Shown: in pieces, positions 49,173-63,140 of the stretch
How the letters are laid out: the number at the start of each line of letters is the position of its first letter
How positions within the stretch are numbered: the first letter of the stretch is position 1
NCBI RefSeq assembly: GCF_038025025.1
Contig: NW_027117338.1
Location: 2,480,001-2,544,000, forward strand
DNA: 64,000 nt
Direction: 5' to 3'
Source: Phyllosticta citribraziliensis
Lineage: Eukaryota
Made by a program: the position numbers and the translations under genes
Notes under the pieces: model-generated
The model's input: the letters and a program-made list of their open reading frames with translations, nothing else
Database searches by the model: none
Told to the model about the DNA's origin: nothing

Positions 49173-52100
49173 TATCATAATAGGCGTACACGCGCCTATA
49201 TAAGTACTAGGGCCAGCATGGATAAACCTAGCGTCGTATAGTTATAAGAAGTACAAGCCTCACCTTAGGTAGCAGCCTGCTATAGCTTAGGCTGAAACCT
49301 GCAGGCTGGTACTAGCTACTACAGCCTGGCACTAGCTACTATAGCCCTAGGCAGATACTATATAACAGCCTATTAACACCTTACCTTTATAACTTACCTA
49401 ATAATAACTAAGGACCCTTATATAAAGGATAAGAGGTAGAATAGTATAAAGGAAGGACTAGGAAATATATAGGTAGTAAGTATCTTTTATATTTTATTCT
49501 TTTAACTTATTAGATTTAATTAAGATATATATATATTTTCTAGTAGTTTACCTTTAGCCCTTACCTATATAATAAGAAATCTGCAAGTTGTAATAGATAT
49601 AAAAGATTATTCTAAGTTTTAGCTCTATCCTACTTCTTCACCTATAAAGGTATTATAATATTTGACCTAAGTAACGTTATGCGCAGCTATAGTCTTATAT
49701 AAGACTGCTTATTACTTTTCCCTAGTAAACCTAAGTTGTCTTTATTAGGCGCATTAGTGTTATCTAAGGACTAAGGAGTATTAAGTATATATTAACTATA
49801 GAAGTCTTTAGTTAAGGCTATAGGGCAGTATATAAACGTCTAGGAGGCGTCCTATCTATAACCTGCTTAAGGGACATTCTAAGTAGAAGACTGTAAAGAC
49901 AGTATAGCTAAGAATAAAGCTGATGCATCTGGTACTACTAAAGGTGTTAGTACTAGTTAATTAACCTAATAAGATTCGCGCGAAGGAACTAAAGATTTGC
50001 GCAATACTAGATACTTATTAAATAATAATAAGAGAGGACCTACCCCTATTCTCCTATATAATTTCTACTTAGTCCTAGTAGTAGAGGTAAAAGAACGTAC
50101 CTAAGACCTAGGGTTAACTTATACAGTTTAAGCTCTAGTTATAGAGGTATTTATAAAGGTACCGCGCTTAGATATTAATTAATTTAAATCTAAGATTGCA
50201 TCCTTAAACAAGTCTTAAGTATAGCAGCAACTAAACCGCGCGTAAAGGCAAAACTGGGCTCTTAAGTAAATACTCTTAAACTATACTAATAGACTTAGGG
50301 AAGTTCTAAGGGAAGGATATATTAGGCCCTCTTTATTAGCTTAGCACCTAAGACCTATTACCCTCTCTCTAGATCCTTCTACTAGTAGAGTTATAAGGAC
50401 TCTTAGACCTCCTCCTAACTATATAAGGGAAACTACTACTAAAACCTCTACTTTATCTTTAAGTAGTAAGAAATACTAAAGTAGTAAGGTTCCTAATCCT
50501 CCTCTTCTTACTAATAGAGAAGACCCCTTATATAAATACTAGACCCTCCTTATATAAAATAAAATTAAATAAAACCACGATCACTTTACTAAAGATATAG
50601 TAGAGGAGACTAAATAGAATATTATAGGTTATATTATTTCCTATATTAGTAGAGAAGTCTTATATCACCTAACTCCTTTCCTTACTTCTTATATAAAGGC
50701 TAATAAAGTCACTCTAGATAAGGACATCTTTAAATTCCTAGATAACCTCCTCTAAAGTCTATATAAATATAAGGATATAAAGAAGTAGTTACGCTCTCTT
50801 ATATACTACATCCCTATAGACCTTTAGAAGTTTTAATTAAACTTTATATAATTGGCCTTAGATGTAGATCTTCCCTAGGAATAGTAGAAAGAGGACTTTT
50901 ATAATATAATAGATCCTCTCCTTTAAACCTATATAGTTACTATAGAGCAAGATAGGGATGTCAACTTTTATAAGTACCTCTAACAAGCCTACCCTATTAC
51001 TTAAAGTCTTAGTAACTACTATTCTAACCATAGAAAACCAACGCTCACGTCGCATAAGGAATAAGTAAAGAAGAGATAATAAGAATAAGTAAAGATAACT
51101 ACCTTAGGTAGTATAAGTGCTTTATCTTCTAGTTATACCTAGGCGCGATCTATATCTAGGGCTCCCTCACACAATATAACCTATAAAGGCAAAGCAGAAG
51201 TCTATATAGAGATTAGACCGTATAATTGCTGCAGCTAGTTTAACTATTTATAGAGACAATACCTATAACTAGAGATAAAGGTAATAGAGTTAGTTAAAGA
51301 AGAAAGCACTAAAGATATCTATATAAATAAAGGAGATCAGTCTTTATTAGAAAATAATAAGACCTAGGTAAAGTCTCCTACTATAGGTCTAAACTTAGAG
51401 CAATACACATTAAGGGTTCTTATATAAATCTTAGTTACTTTATTAGAGGTGTACCCTTTACTATACAAACCTTAATTATATCTAATAGCCGCGCCTTAGA
51501 AATTCGTGCCCTAGCTAATACTAGTACTAGTAGTATAAGTTTTATTTACCCTAAGCTACTACCAACTCTCTAGTCTATAGGTGCTATAAAAAAGAGAATA
51601 ATAGGTAAAGGGCTTAATATTACTAGGTTTAACTAATATATAAATAAGAAAGTTAATTTTTACTTTTATCTTTAACTCTACTTCTAGGATTAAATAGTTT
51701 CTACTTATACTTTTATTTATAATATTGGCCGCAACAACATGATTCTTAGGTAATAGTTTTTTAACTAGCACAATGTTCTTCTAGACTATAAACAATGCAA
51801 ACTAGTCTAGAGATAGCTACTAGTTAACTAATCCTTTTAGCATCTTTTATACCTACTAAAAGTCTCTATATAAAGCAACAAACTGTAGAAAGAACATTAA
51901 GTAGATATAGACTATAGAGATAAAAACTTTAATAAACGCCTTCTTCCCTTAGTATAGGTTATTAAGGGAATTAAATTTTAAACTTAAAATGCTTTTAAGC
52001 TTTCTATCTATAAAATACAAGTTGTACTAATAGAGATCTATACTATTAACCTTATATAAGTTTAAGCGGCTCTTAAAGATAAAGAAACTAAGGAATTATT

Positions 52101-55100
52101 AGCTTCTAAGCTACTAGCTACTTATAAGGAATTTTAAGATGTGTTTTCTAAAATAGAGTCTAATAAGCTACTACTATATCGCGCGGGAGTTAATTATAAA
52201 ATATCTCTTACACATAATAGTCTACTAGAGCTTCTGCCTAGCCCTCTCTATAGAATGTCTCTAGAGTAGCTTAAGGCTGTAAAAGAGTATATTATTAAGA
52301 ATATTTAGAAAGGCTTTATTATAGAGAGCTTTACTACCTATACTTCTCCTATTCTTATAGTAAAAAAGCCTAGTAGGGGATGGAGATTCTATATAGACTA
52401 CTAATAGCTTAATAAATAAACTACTAAGGATTTGCACCCCCTCCCTCTTATTATAGAGTTACTTTAGCGCGTTAGAAAGGGCAAGATTTATACTAAGCTT
52501 AATATTTAATAAGCTTTCTACTACATTCGTCTTACTAAGGATTCTAAAGACAAAACCACCTTCTATACAAGATATAGGTTATTTAAATACTATGTCTTAC
52601 TATTTAGATTAAGTAATAGACCTGCAGCCTTTTAACATTTCATCAACTAGGTTCTCTTTAAGTATTTAGATGATTTTATTATAGCTTTTATAGATAACAT
52701 GCTCATTATCTCTAAAAACCCTATAGAGCATGAGGAACAAGTAAAAAAAGTACTAGTAAGACTATAAAAAGCAGGACTATAGGTAGATTTAAAGAAGAGT
52801 AAGTTTTTAGTTACTTATATAAAGTTTCTTAGATACATCGTTTCTATAGAAGGCATTTAAATAGACCTAGATAAGGTAGAACCTGTATAAAACTAGCTAA
52901 TACTAAAAACCCTTAAAGCTCTTTAATCCTTCCTAGGTTTCTATAATTTCTACTAATAATTTCTCCCTAACTATAGATAAATTAGCTAGCTATTAGAGAA
53001 ACTATACTCTAAGGCAAAATAGCGACAACTAGGACCCCTAGAAGAAGAGGCAATTTAATAACTTAAGAAGCTAATATATAGTAATACACTCCTAGCTAAT
53101 TATAACCCTACTCTTAACACTTACATAGAGACTAATACAAGTAATAGAGTTACTACTAGCGTTTTAATGCAGCTCTAGCAACCTTTACGCAATTAGAAAC
53201 TAGTAGCGTTCTACTCTAAGGTAATAGTAGATGCAGAACTTCATTATAGAATTTTAGATAAAGAACTACTAGCTATTAAGAATAGACTAGAAGAATAGAG
53301 ACTAATACTTATTAGCCTTAAAAAACCTTTTCTTATAATTATAGACTATTAGGTATTAGAGTACTACTCTACTAAATAATAACTTAATTAATAACAAGCT
53401 AGATAGTCTAAGTTTTTTATAGAGTTCTATATACGATTCTCCTATTAACTAGGAAAGGAAAATATCATTACTAATTGCCTTACTTAAAAATAAGAAGACC
53501 TAAAGACTTAAAAAGAAAAGGTAAGGGCCATATAAGAGATGTGCCTTATCCTACTAGAGACTATTATCCCTCTTTTTATTTTAGAATAAGAACTTCCTCC
53601 TCTAGTATTATTTTTAGATAAACTCCTCTATATAAACTAGGAAGATTCTAAATTAGAACTCTAGAGATAGAAAGCCCTCTTAAAGGACCTTAAATAAAGA
53701 AATAGTTAGGAACTAAAGGATGGTCTTTTACTATAATATGGTATACTCTTTATACTAGATCGCGATAACCTCTATATGAGAATGCTTAATGCTTTATATA
53801 CTACCTATATAACTGCCTATTCTAGTATTATAAAGATGCGAAAACTCCTTAAGTAATATTACTATTAGCTAGCTATAAATCGCACGATTAATATTTATGG
53901 GTGAGGATGCTATATTTACTACTAAATAAAGGAGTTTTATAATAAAGACCTAGGCCTTCTATAACTACTAGAGATTCCTACTTGACCCTAGTAACACTTA
54001 GCTATAGATTTTAAAGAGATGCCTAAGGACTAAAAAGGCTATAATATAATTCTAGTTATTATAGACTAGTTAAGTTAAAGAACCTTTAGCTTACCTTATA
54101 TAAAGAAGATTAATACTAAAGGAGTCTCTAGGCTTTTTTATAAATATATCTACTATATTTATAGAAACCCTAAGTCTATCCTATCTAACTGAGGCCCTTA
54201 GTTCATCTCAGCGTTTATAAATAAACTATATAAGCTGACTAGTATAGAGTAGTATTTTAACTTATCCTACTACTCTTAAACTAATAGTATTATAGAGATT
54301 GTTAATCAGCATCTTATATAAAGATTAAGACCTTTTATTAATTACTTTTAGAATGATTAGTCTAATCTTCTACTATTAATAGACCTTATATAAGTAACAC
54401 TTCCTATAAAGCTACTAGACTTTTACCTTTTAAGATTAAGTTAGGATATTCCCCTTAATTGCACTATAACTAGTAATAAAGAACTAAAACCCCCTAGTAA
54501 CTAGAGAAAATAGCTTGCATGGTAGTATAAATGCTATAAAAGAGAAGATAAGAAGCTTTTAAATTTATAAAGAATCTTATTCTTAAATCCTAAGAGCATA
54601 TGTACTAATAAGCTAATAAATACTATCGCGCGCTAGACTTTATAGTTAGAGATTATATCTATATTAAGAAAATAGGATGGTCTACTAATTAGCTAAACCT
54701 TAAATTAGACTTTCCTAATACTAGACCTTTTAAGATTATAGGAATAGAAGGACCCTCCTATATCCTTAATCTTCCCTTATATATAAAGATAGTTAACCTT
54801 TTCTATACTAATAGGCTATATAAGGCCGAAATGGAACAGCTTCCTAGTTAGGAATATACTAAACCTAAACCTAAGATTATTTAAGATGAGCCTAAGTAGG
54901 AAGTAGACTATATTTAAGCTAGTTAAGTCTTATATAGGAAGCTTTAATACTAAGTTAAATAGACTAGATATAACTAAGATGACTAGTAGTATAATATAAG
55001 TTCTTTTAGTAGTACACTATAGAAAATTAAAGAATTCCACTTATTACACCCTACTATAGTAGGACTACTAAAAAATCTAGAAAAATAGAAAACTGCCTTC

Positions 55101-57404
55101 CTTTAAGAAGAACCCTAAATTAAAAGAGAAAGTAATAATAAAATAAGTTACTTAGGCCTATAGTGAATATTATAAAGATATAGAAAGTAGACTAATTAGT
55201 TTACTATCTACCCTTATATAAATACTATTAATCTTAACTCCTACTCTCTAGTCTCTCCTTTTTATTACTTATTTCCTACTATCCCTTCCTTTACTTCCTT
55301 CCTTTTCCCTTCTTCTTATTATAACTATTATTATATAAGATAGTCTCCTCTAGATCCTCTAGCTTATTAGGTAGGATGTCCTACTTAGCTAAAGCCTAAT
55401 TAGTTTAATCCTCTACTCTAGCTTAATAGTATAAGTTCTAGAACTCCTCTATATAAATTTTATCTTTACACCTCTTATAATAAGCAGGCAGCTTGGCACC
55501 CTTTAAGTTACTAATAGTGCAGTCTAAGTTGCCTGTACCTTAAAGGCAGTTGGCATAGCGGCCCTATAAGAAACTAGGTAGGTGGCGATAACTAATAAAT
55601 ATATAAGTATTAGTATTGTCGCGACACTTAGTACAGCTAATAGGGTTATTAATTCTAGTGTACTAGATAAGAAAAGCATCGCGCGAGCTGGCTTAAGTTT
55701 TAACTAATAAGTAGTTAAATTATTAAGTAGAAACTATAATATATAAGTAAGGCATGCTATTACCTAAGGCTAAGATATATTTAGCGCGCTCTTATACTTT
55801 AGAACTACTAAGGTATACCTATATAGTTAGTTAGATAAGAATCCCTTATATTAGTAAGATAAACTTACTCGCGCGACACTCTCTATATTTTTATAAGGAA
55901 TATAAAGTATCAACTTAAAGTCCTACTTAATAGGCGCCTTATTAGAGCTAACTAGTAATGCTGTAACGCGAATCTCACTATCACTGCTATTATATAAAGT
56001 AGCAGGCAGTAAGTACTTAGCTGCTAGAACCTAACAAGCCGCAGGATTATAATAATAGTATATATAAGTAGGCTCTTTACCTTCTTCCTCTAAAACAGGC
56101 TGCGCGACAGCGAACCGGCAGTAATGCAGCATAATATACTAGTTAGTAGCAGGCTGTATAGCTGTAGATAATGAACCTCGCGCGATAACTAATAATACTA
56201 ATTAAGTAGAACCTAATACTATAGTATGCTATAGGTAAAGTAATAAGCCTATAGCTATTCCTAGCTAAATAAGTAAAGCCTAGCCTAATTAAGTCTTTAT
56301 ATAAGTATCCTCCTCTATAATTATATCAGTTAGTAAGACGGGACGATAAAGTAGTAAAACCTAGATATATAATGCCACTTATTGGCCTAGATAATAATTA
56401 GTAACAGTCTAAAGAGATAGAATTAAAGTTTACTTATCTTAGAACTCTATATAATAGTCCTTATAGATACTACTAGCTAAAACAGCTCTCTAAGTAAGCG
56501 GCGACTATGATAGATCGCGAATAATACCGCATAATAATAACTTAATACTATAACTCTTATATAATAGTAATAAGTCCTAATAGACTAGACCACAATAAGT
56601 AGTAGATGCATTAAGCATATAGTGGCTAGGAATATCTACTTTACTATTAGTAGGGTACAAATTATTTAAATTATTAGAACCTTTACGCACGATAGTTAGT
56701 TTACTAGATTATAGCTAAATTAGACTAGGGTAACAACGTACTTTAATAGGGAGCTTTAGATATAGCTAAGTAAGATAGTAACCTTCTATAGGTCGCGCGG
56801 TAAAAGAGATAGTAATAGAAAGAGATAGTATAGTAGTAGACCTAGACTAATAATTATACTTTATAACTATATAGAATACTTAAATTACTAAATTACTACT
56901 ATTATATATTACGAGTCTATACCTATATAAGCGCCTATAGCTACTAATTCCTACAATTTCAGCTTCTCTTTAGGGGGGGCATGTTATAATAGGCGTATAT
57001 ATACCTATATAAGTACTAGGGCTAGTACAGACAAACCTAGTATCGTGCAGTTATAAGAAGCACAAGCCTTACCTTAGGCAGTAGCCCGCTGCAGCTTAGG
57101 CTAAAACCTATAGGCTAGTACCAGCTACTACAGCCTAGTACCAGCCACTACAGCCCTAGGTAGATACTATATAACAGCCTATTAACACCTCACCTTTACA
57201 ACTTACCTAATGATAACCAAGGACCCTTATATAAAGGATAAGAGGTAGAACAGTATAAAGGAAGGACTAGGAAATATATAGGTAGTAAGTATCTTTTATA
57301 TTTCATTCTTTTAACTTATTAGATTTAATTAAGACACATATATATTCTCTAGCAGTTTGCCTTTAGCCCTCACCTATATAATAAGAAATCTACGAGTCGT
57401 GACA
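49173..57404 (+). mobile_element. Gypsy-B copy 2: full-length, 8232 bp, TSD ACTTA, inserted in the 3' LTR of Gypsy-D
   Basis: LTRs 49173-49595 and 56982-57404; ACTTA at 49168-49172 and 57405-57409. Colinear with 18881-27120 throughout. Confidence 0.97.
55170..56770 (-). pseudogene. Antisense accessory gene of Gypsy-B2 (paralogue of 24870-26480)
   Basis: Retains TGT ACT AAG TGT CGC GAC, GCC AAC TGC and GAC TGC codons on the minus strand (~55640-55515). The first intron is conserved at ~55868-55819. Confidence 0.75.
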
Positions 57405-60400
57405 ACTTATAGGTCCCTATTTAATAGTTAGCTTAGCCTAATTAATAAACCTTACTTATAATACTTATTCCTATTAGATAAGAATCTACTATCTCTATAG
57501 GGTAACCTATATTAAATTCTTATTCTTCCTCTTTTTTACTAGGACTTCTAGTAAGAGCAGCTATAGACCTAACTATAGGCTAATAAGAGGAGTTCTTATT
57601 AGGCTTTAGTTTAGACTTATATAGTATATTTACTTAAGGTTTATTAATAATTAAATCTCTATTTTCTATTTTATTAAATATAGTCTTAAGAGTAGACTCC
57701 TTATTTAATATATAGTCTAATTATCTAGATAAGGTATTAGCCCTATTATTATCCTTTCCTTTATAGTAGGAAATAGTAAAATTATAGTTAAATAGTATTT
57801 CTAACTATCTAGCTTAGTAGTAAGTTAATTATTTAGTACTAGTAAAGTACCTTAAATTAGAATAGTCTATTATAATAGATATAGAATATTTAGAGCCTTC
57901 TAAATAATATCTCTATTCTTTAAAAGCTATTACTATAGCTAGTAATTCTTTATTATAGATATTATAGTTTAATTCTACTAGAGATAGCTTTCTAGAGTAA
58001 TAAGCTATAGGATAAAGGTTTCCTTCTATATTAGGCTAATTTATATAAGCCCCTATAGTATAATCTAAAGTATTAGTTTCTAAAGTAATAGGAGATTTAT
58101 AATTAAAGATCTTTAAAACTAGGGTAGTAGTAAAAGCCTCTTTTAGTTTATTTAAAGAATCTTCTTACTCCTTAGTCTAGTTAAAGGGTATATCTTTTTT
58201 AGTAAGGTATATAAGAGGCTTAGCTATTTTACTATAGTCTCTTATAAACCTTCTATAAAAGTTATAGAATCCTAGAAAGGACTATATCTCTTTAATAGTC
58301 TTAGGAGTAGGCTATTCTAATAAAGACTTTACTTTATTAGAATCTATAAGGACTTTATTAGGCCTTATTATAAATCCTAGGAATTTAACTTCTTAAGAGG
58401 AGAATATATAGTTTTTAGGCTTAACTAGAAGTCTTCTTTCTCCTAGTTTAGCTAAAACCTTTAATATATATTCTTTATACTCCTCTAGACTATTAGAGTA
58501 GATTAAAATATTATCTAGATAGATAGTTATAAAGATATCTAAATATTCTTTTAGAGTATTATTTATAAGTACCTAAAAAGTAGCTAGAGTATTAGTAAGG
58601 CTAAAGGGTATTACTAAATACTTAAATAATTTAAAGTAGGTCTTAAAGGTAGTTTTCTACTCTTCTTCTTCTTTTATTCTTATTAAATAATACCTATCTC
58701 TTAAATCTAACTTAGTAAAATACTTAGTACTATTAAGCCTATCTTATAGTTTATCTATATAAGATAGGGGCTACCTATTCTTAATAGTTATACTATTAAG
58801 CTTATAGTAGTCTATATAGAGGTATAATTTATTATTAGATTTAGGTATAAATAATATAGGAGATCTATATAGAGAAGAAGAAGGTCTAATATAACCTTTC
58901 CTTATATTCTTATCTAAATAGGTCTTAAGAGCCTCTAATTCTATATTAGATAGAGAATATATAGGACTAAATATAGAGTTTTCTCCTTCTTTTATAGGAA
59001 TTTTATAGTCCTAAGGCTAGTACTTAGGTAAAGTACTAAAATCCTCTTTATTAAGAAATAAATCTAGGTATTAATAATATTCCTTAGGAACCTTTTCTAT
59101 ATAGCTTTTTTCTAGGGAGCTATCTTTATTACTTCTTTTACTAGAGAGTATTTTTTCCTTAGTATTATAAATAGTTTTAAGTAGCTTCCTAGATTAGACT
59201 TTTAGCCTAGTAGGGTCTTAAATATCTATATTTTTTAAATTATAGTCTATAGGCCTTAGTTTTATAGGAGTAGGTAATTTATCTAGTTTATACTAGTAAA
59301 TAAAGATATCTTTATTTTTTCTTTTCTTCTTAAGAGACTTATAGGATATAGTAAATATCTAAGTTTTAGGCTCTATAATCTCTAACTTAATATCTTATAA
59401 TAGTAGGTATTTTTTATACCTATAGTTATAGATATTAGCTAGATTTTTAGAGTAAAAGATAATAGGATTAGACTTTTTAAAGTCTAAAATAGGCTCCTAT
59501 TTCCTTAACTAAGGTATTCTAAGTATTAAATTATAGCCTAGGATCCTAGTAATATCTAATATAATTTTTTTCTAGTAGGTCTTTCTATATTCTAGGGCTA
59601 TAGGTTTAGTTTCTAGTAAAACCTACCCTTTATCTTCTTTTACTAGACTTCTATCTATAGTATAAAGCTTATAGGGTATTATTTTATCCCTTATAGCTAT
59701 ATTATACTATCTCTAGAATTTAGAGTCTATATATATTCCTTAGGCTCTAGTATCTATTAAAGCTCTAGCTTTAATTCTATTTAGATATACTATAATAACT
59801 AGGTATCTATTATAATTATTCCCTCTCTTACTAGTATTACTATAAGGTATAGCTTCCTTTATAGATACTAGGGATTTACTTCCTTTATTAAAAAGTAAAG
59901 TAGTAGCTTTAGTAACCCTATTTACTAAAGCCTTTTCTAGTTTTTTACCTTAGAATTAATTCCTTACTCTTTATTATTATTTATAGTATCTAGGGGATCC
60001 TTATAAGTAATATAAGCTATAGAATAATTACCCTTATTATTCTTTTTCTTATAGCTAGGCTTATTATTATAGTTATAAGACTTTTTCCCCTTAGGATTAG
60101 AAGGATAGTATAGGTTATTTCCTTTATATATTACCCCTATATCTATAGAGTCTCCTTAACCTATAGAAGTATTATTATTATAATAATTTACTCCTCTAGT
60201 CTCCTTATATCTTTAGTAGCTTCTACTATTAATTCTAATAGTAGAATTTATAAGACTAGATAGAGAAGAAGGAGGATCTTATCTAACTAGCTTATCCTTA
60301 ATTCTTTCTTTTAATTCTAATTTATATTAGTATATTAAGATAGCCTTATTCTAGTCTACTTTAGTAGCTAATTACTAGAATAAAGTAGTATAATCTATAG

Positions 60401-61069
60401 TAGCTTTTTATTATTTTAATTAAGTAAGGTATCTTTCTATATCTTTCTTTTTATTATAGATACTAAAGATCTCCTATATAGCTTTAGTATAATTATTAAA
60501 GCTATTAAATAGGTCCTTAATAGAATCTCTCCTATAAAAATAGTCTTTCTTATTAAAATCCTATCTAAAAGAGTTAAACTATTTAAAGATAGATCCTTTT
60601 AGAAAGGAAGTAATAAATATAATTATTTCTATTTTACTACTAAAGAGATAGCTAAAGAATAGGAAATAATTAGAAATCTAAGCTAAGTAAGGTTCTAATT
60701 TATTTCTAGAGCTATTATAAGTATCTAGCTTAGATACTTTAATATAGTATTTATCTTCTAAATTACTAAAGGTTTCCTAAAGAGGTACTAGTAGTAGAGG
60801 TACCTAATTATTTTCTTATTAAACCCTTAGCTTATTAAGGCTAAATTAAATACCTTCTATTATTCTTTCTATAGTAGAGAAATAAGTATTATTAGAAGCC
60901 TCTATATTAGCCTAGATAGTAGCCTAATCTAGAATAGGTTAAGTAGGATCTATAGTCTAAATAAATAAAAAGAATATAGATATATAGTAAGTATATCTAA
61001 TATTCTAATAAACTTAGATAGATAAAAGTCTAAGAAAACCTAGAGAACCTTCTCTAGAAGTAATAAAGC

Positions 61070-62485
61070 TATAATAGTATTATCTAGGCTATCCCTATAA
61101 ATAGGCTTAATAGCTAAGACTACTTAGATATATAGATAATTTCTCTAAATACCTAATTCTCTTATATAATCCTTAAATAATTAAGTAATTACTTAGAGAG
61201 AAATTAGCCTCTAGGTAGATATTACTATATACTAGGGCCTAGTCCCCTTAATATAATAAATATATATTATAATATAAGTATCTAAGGTAGAATTATAGCT
61301 AGTAGAGGTTATATAACCCCTAGGTTCCCTAAGATAGAATACTAAAGTAAGGAGGTATAGCCTTATTTTAGTATTAATATAGAGGAAGACTACTATAGAA
61401 GCCTATATTAAGAAGAATATCTCTATATCCTTTTAATTTATTTACTAGTAGGTTATAGGATATAAATCTTAATAGACTAGTAGTTTTAAATAGATAGAAA
61501 AAAGTCTTTTAAGTAAAAAGAGTAAATTTAGTAAAAAGTAATTAAAGAGTTAAAGAAAGAGTTATTATTAGAGAAGCTATTTAAAGGGATTTAAGGCCTT
61601 CTTATATACCTTTTTCTAGTACTAAGAGAACTAGTATCTATTATATAATAATAGACTAAAGTCTCTAACTAAGTATATTCTTTCTAGTAAAGTAAAATAC
61701 TAGAGAATTAGATAATACCTAATTAATAACTAGAAACTAGAAAGAAGGTACTTTACTAATTAGTAGTTTCCTTAACTACTAATAAAATATACTAGCCTAA
61801 TTAATCTAGAGCCTAGTACCTAATAAAAATTATAGGAAGGATCTTTCTTCTTATATAATTATATAGTAGTTATCTACTACCTATATAATTATATAGAGGC
61901 TATATCTAAAGTAAAACTAACTTTCTAATAAAACCTAGTTTTAATTAGATATTAAGGAAGTAAGGATTCCTTAATTAAAGTAAAGTTATTAAATAGATTA
62001 TTCTTCCTAATAACTTCTAACTATAATAACTTAATAACTAGTTAAGATATAGTAATTCTAAAAGATATTTTAAACTTCTACTATATAGAAGTATAAAACT
62101 TAAGTATAAGGTTTTTAATATCCTAGTCCCTATTAGGTAGGTAGGGAGGTCCTAGCTAGGTCTTTATATAGAAAGGACCTATATATTAAGATAGATTAGA
62201 GAGTAACTAAGCCTAAGGAGTATTACTATATAATACCTTAGAGGCTATAGTATTTATTTAGAAGTTCTAAAGTTTATCTATCTACTAGATAATTTTCTAT
62301 AGAGATATATTATTTAAGTATTTCCTTCTCTTTTAAATATCTTACTAATAAGTTACTAGATTAGGATAGGAAATATACTATTTAAATTATCTAATTCTAC
62401 TCTATAAGCTTATATATTAAGCTTATCTAAAAGTTACCTAGAAAGCTCCTAATCTAGTAAACCTTCTTAAATAAAGGTTATTATA
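61070..62485 (-). repeat. Gypsy-A 5' LTR (1416 bp)
   Basis: Colinear with 9190-10605 and followed by TSD GTAAA. Confidence 0.95.
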
Positions 62486-63140
62486 GTAAAGCCTTACTAA
62501 AAACCTTAATACTATAGCCTAGCTAATAAAGGTAATAAGTATAATCTATATAGCTAATTAATTATATAGATGTTATATTATATAAGGTACTAATTATATT
62601 GTATAATATAATGTTGCGCAATGCCATAAATCTATAAAGGCAATTGTATGGAATTGCTAACAACTCTGTCGAGGCGGCTTGGATGCTCGTTGTGGACAAG
62701 TTTTGAGAATTCATGTTTTTTTCCACGTAGTACTCCTCCGCTTCTTTCCTCGCCAGCATTCCATGCTTTCCCCAGCAAGCCTCGGGAGCTAGAGACAAAC
62801 CAAGAGCAGATCATGTTCGACAGCGGGCCAGTCGAGATTCGGAGTGCCTTGACGACACCCCTGTCGCCTCGTTACATCACTCGCATGGAGCTACCCGGTT
62901 GATCAGGCGACAACATCAACATCAAGGAAGTAGACCATCTTCGCATCTCTGCACTTCAACAGACCCAGCATCTCAGTCTTTCGCGTTCTGACTTTGCTTG
63001 CCAAACCAACCCGTCCCAGCATTCCTCACCCCTCTTTGTTCTGTCAACGCCAGACCCGTGAGTGGGGTCCACGGCAGCATCAACGGACTGGGGGCACATT
63101 ATCCGCCAAAAGCAACGCGGGGCCAAAGAAAATCGAAATC

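Larger units (their letters stand above)
39288..57514 (+). mobile_element. Gypsy-D: distinct Ty3/gypsy lineage, about 9.6 kb net, 187-bp LTRs, TSD AATTC, inserted in Gypsy-A pol
   Basis: 5' LTR 39288-39474; 3' LTR split into 49091-49172 plus 57410-57514 (total 187 bp); AATTC at 39283-39287 and 57515-57519. Protease ILDTGTS ~42904, RT GRIIIDIRGLN...FFYQW...SHRGQE at ~43978-44300, integrase YHPQTDGQSERINQTV ending at 46218. Confidence 0.93.
9190..62485 (-). mobile_element. Gypsy-A: Ty3/gypsy chromovirus with 1416-bp LTRs and TSD GTAAA, interrupted by Gypsy-C and Gypsy-D
   Basis: LTRs 9190-10605 and 61070-62485; GTAAA at 9185-9189 and 62486-62490; PPT (AAGTGGGGAGATAGC on minus) at 10606-10620. 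Domains on minus: gag ~60950-60000, protease ALIDTGA ~59765-59745, RT IYLDDIL ~58525-58505, RNase H LETDASD ~58085-58060, integrase AYHPQTDG ~12632-12608, chromodomain YLIKWLGY...NSWEPEENL ~11975-11900. Confidence 0.95.
6261..62592 (-). mobile_element. hAT-superfamily DNA transposon, the outermost element. About 3 kb net: 6261-9184 plus 62491-~62592
   Basis: hAT transposase motifs lie on the minus strand. Imperfect TIRs: TGCCCTATATAATA at 6265-6278 versus TATTATATAAGGTA at 62576-62589. A near 8-bp flank match (TAATTACA 6251-6258 versus TAATTATA 62591-62598) is present. Exact ends are uncertain by a few bp. Confidence 0.75.
6260..62600. other. RIP-mutated AT-rich transposon block (probable heterochromatin island)
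   Basis: Abrupt switch from GC-rich to AT-rich DNA, with TpA strongly enriched and CpA/TpG depleted. Paralogous copies differ almost only by C/T and G/A transitions. TE reading frames are full of TAA/TAG where Gln or Trp codons are expected. Confidence 0.97.

Noticed and set aside
6260..62600. Starship or other giant cargo element, or horizontally acquired AT-rich DNA
   Set aside because: No tyrosine-recombinase captain or host-like cargo genes were seen. The length is explained by nested TEs and the AT richness by RIP.
62562..62902. Short ORFs at the right RIP boundary
   Set aside because: No motifs; they straddle the TE end and the promoter region of the 63141 gene.
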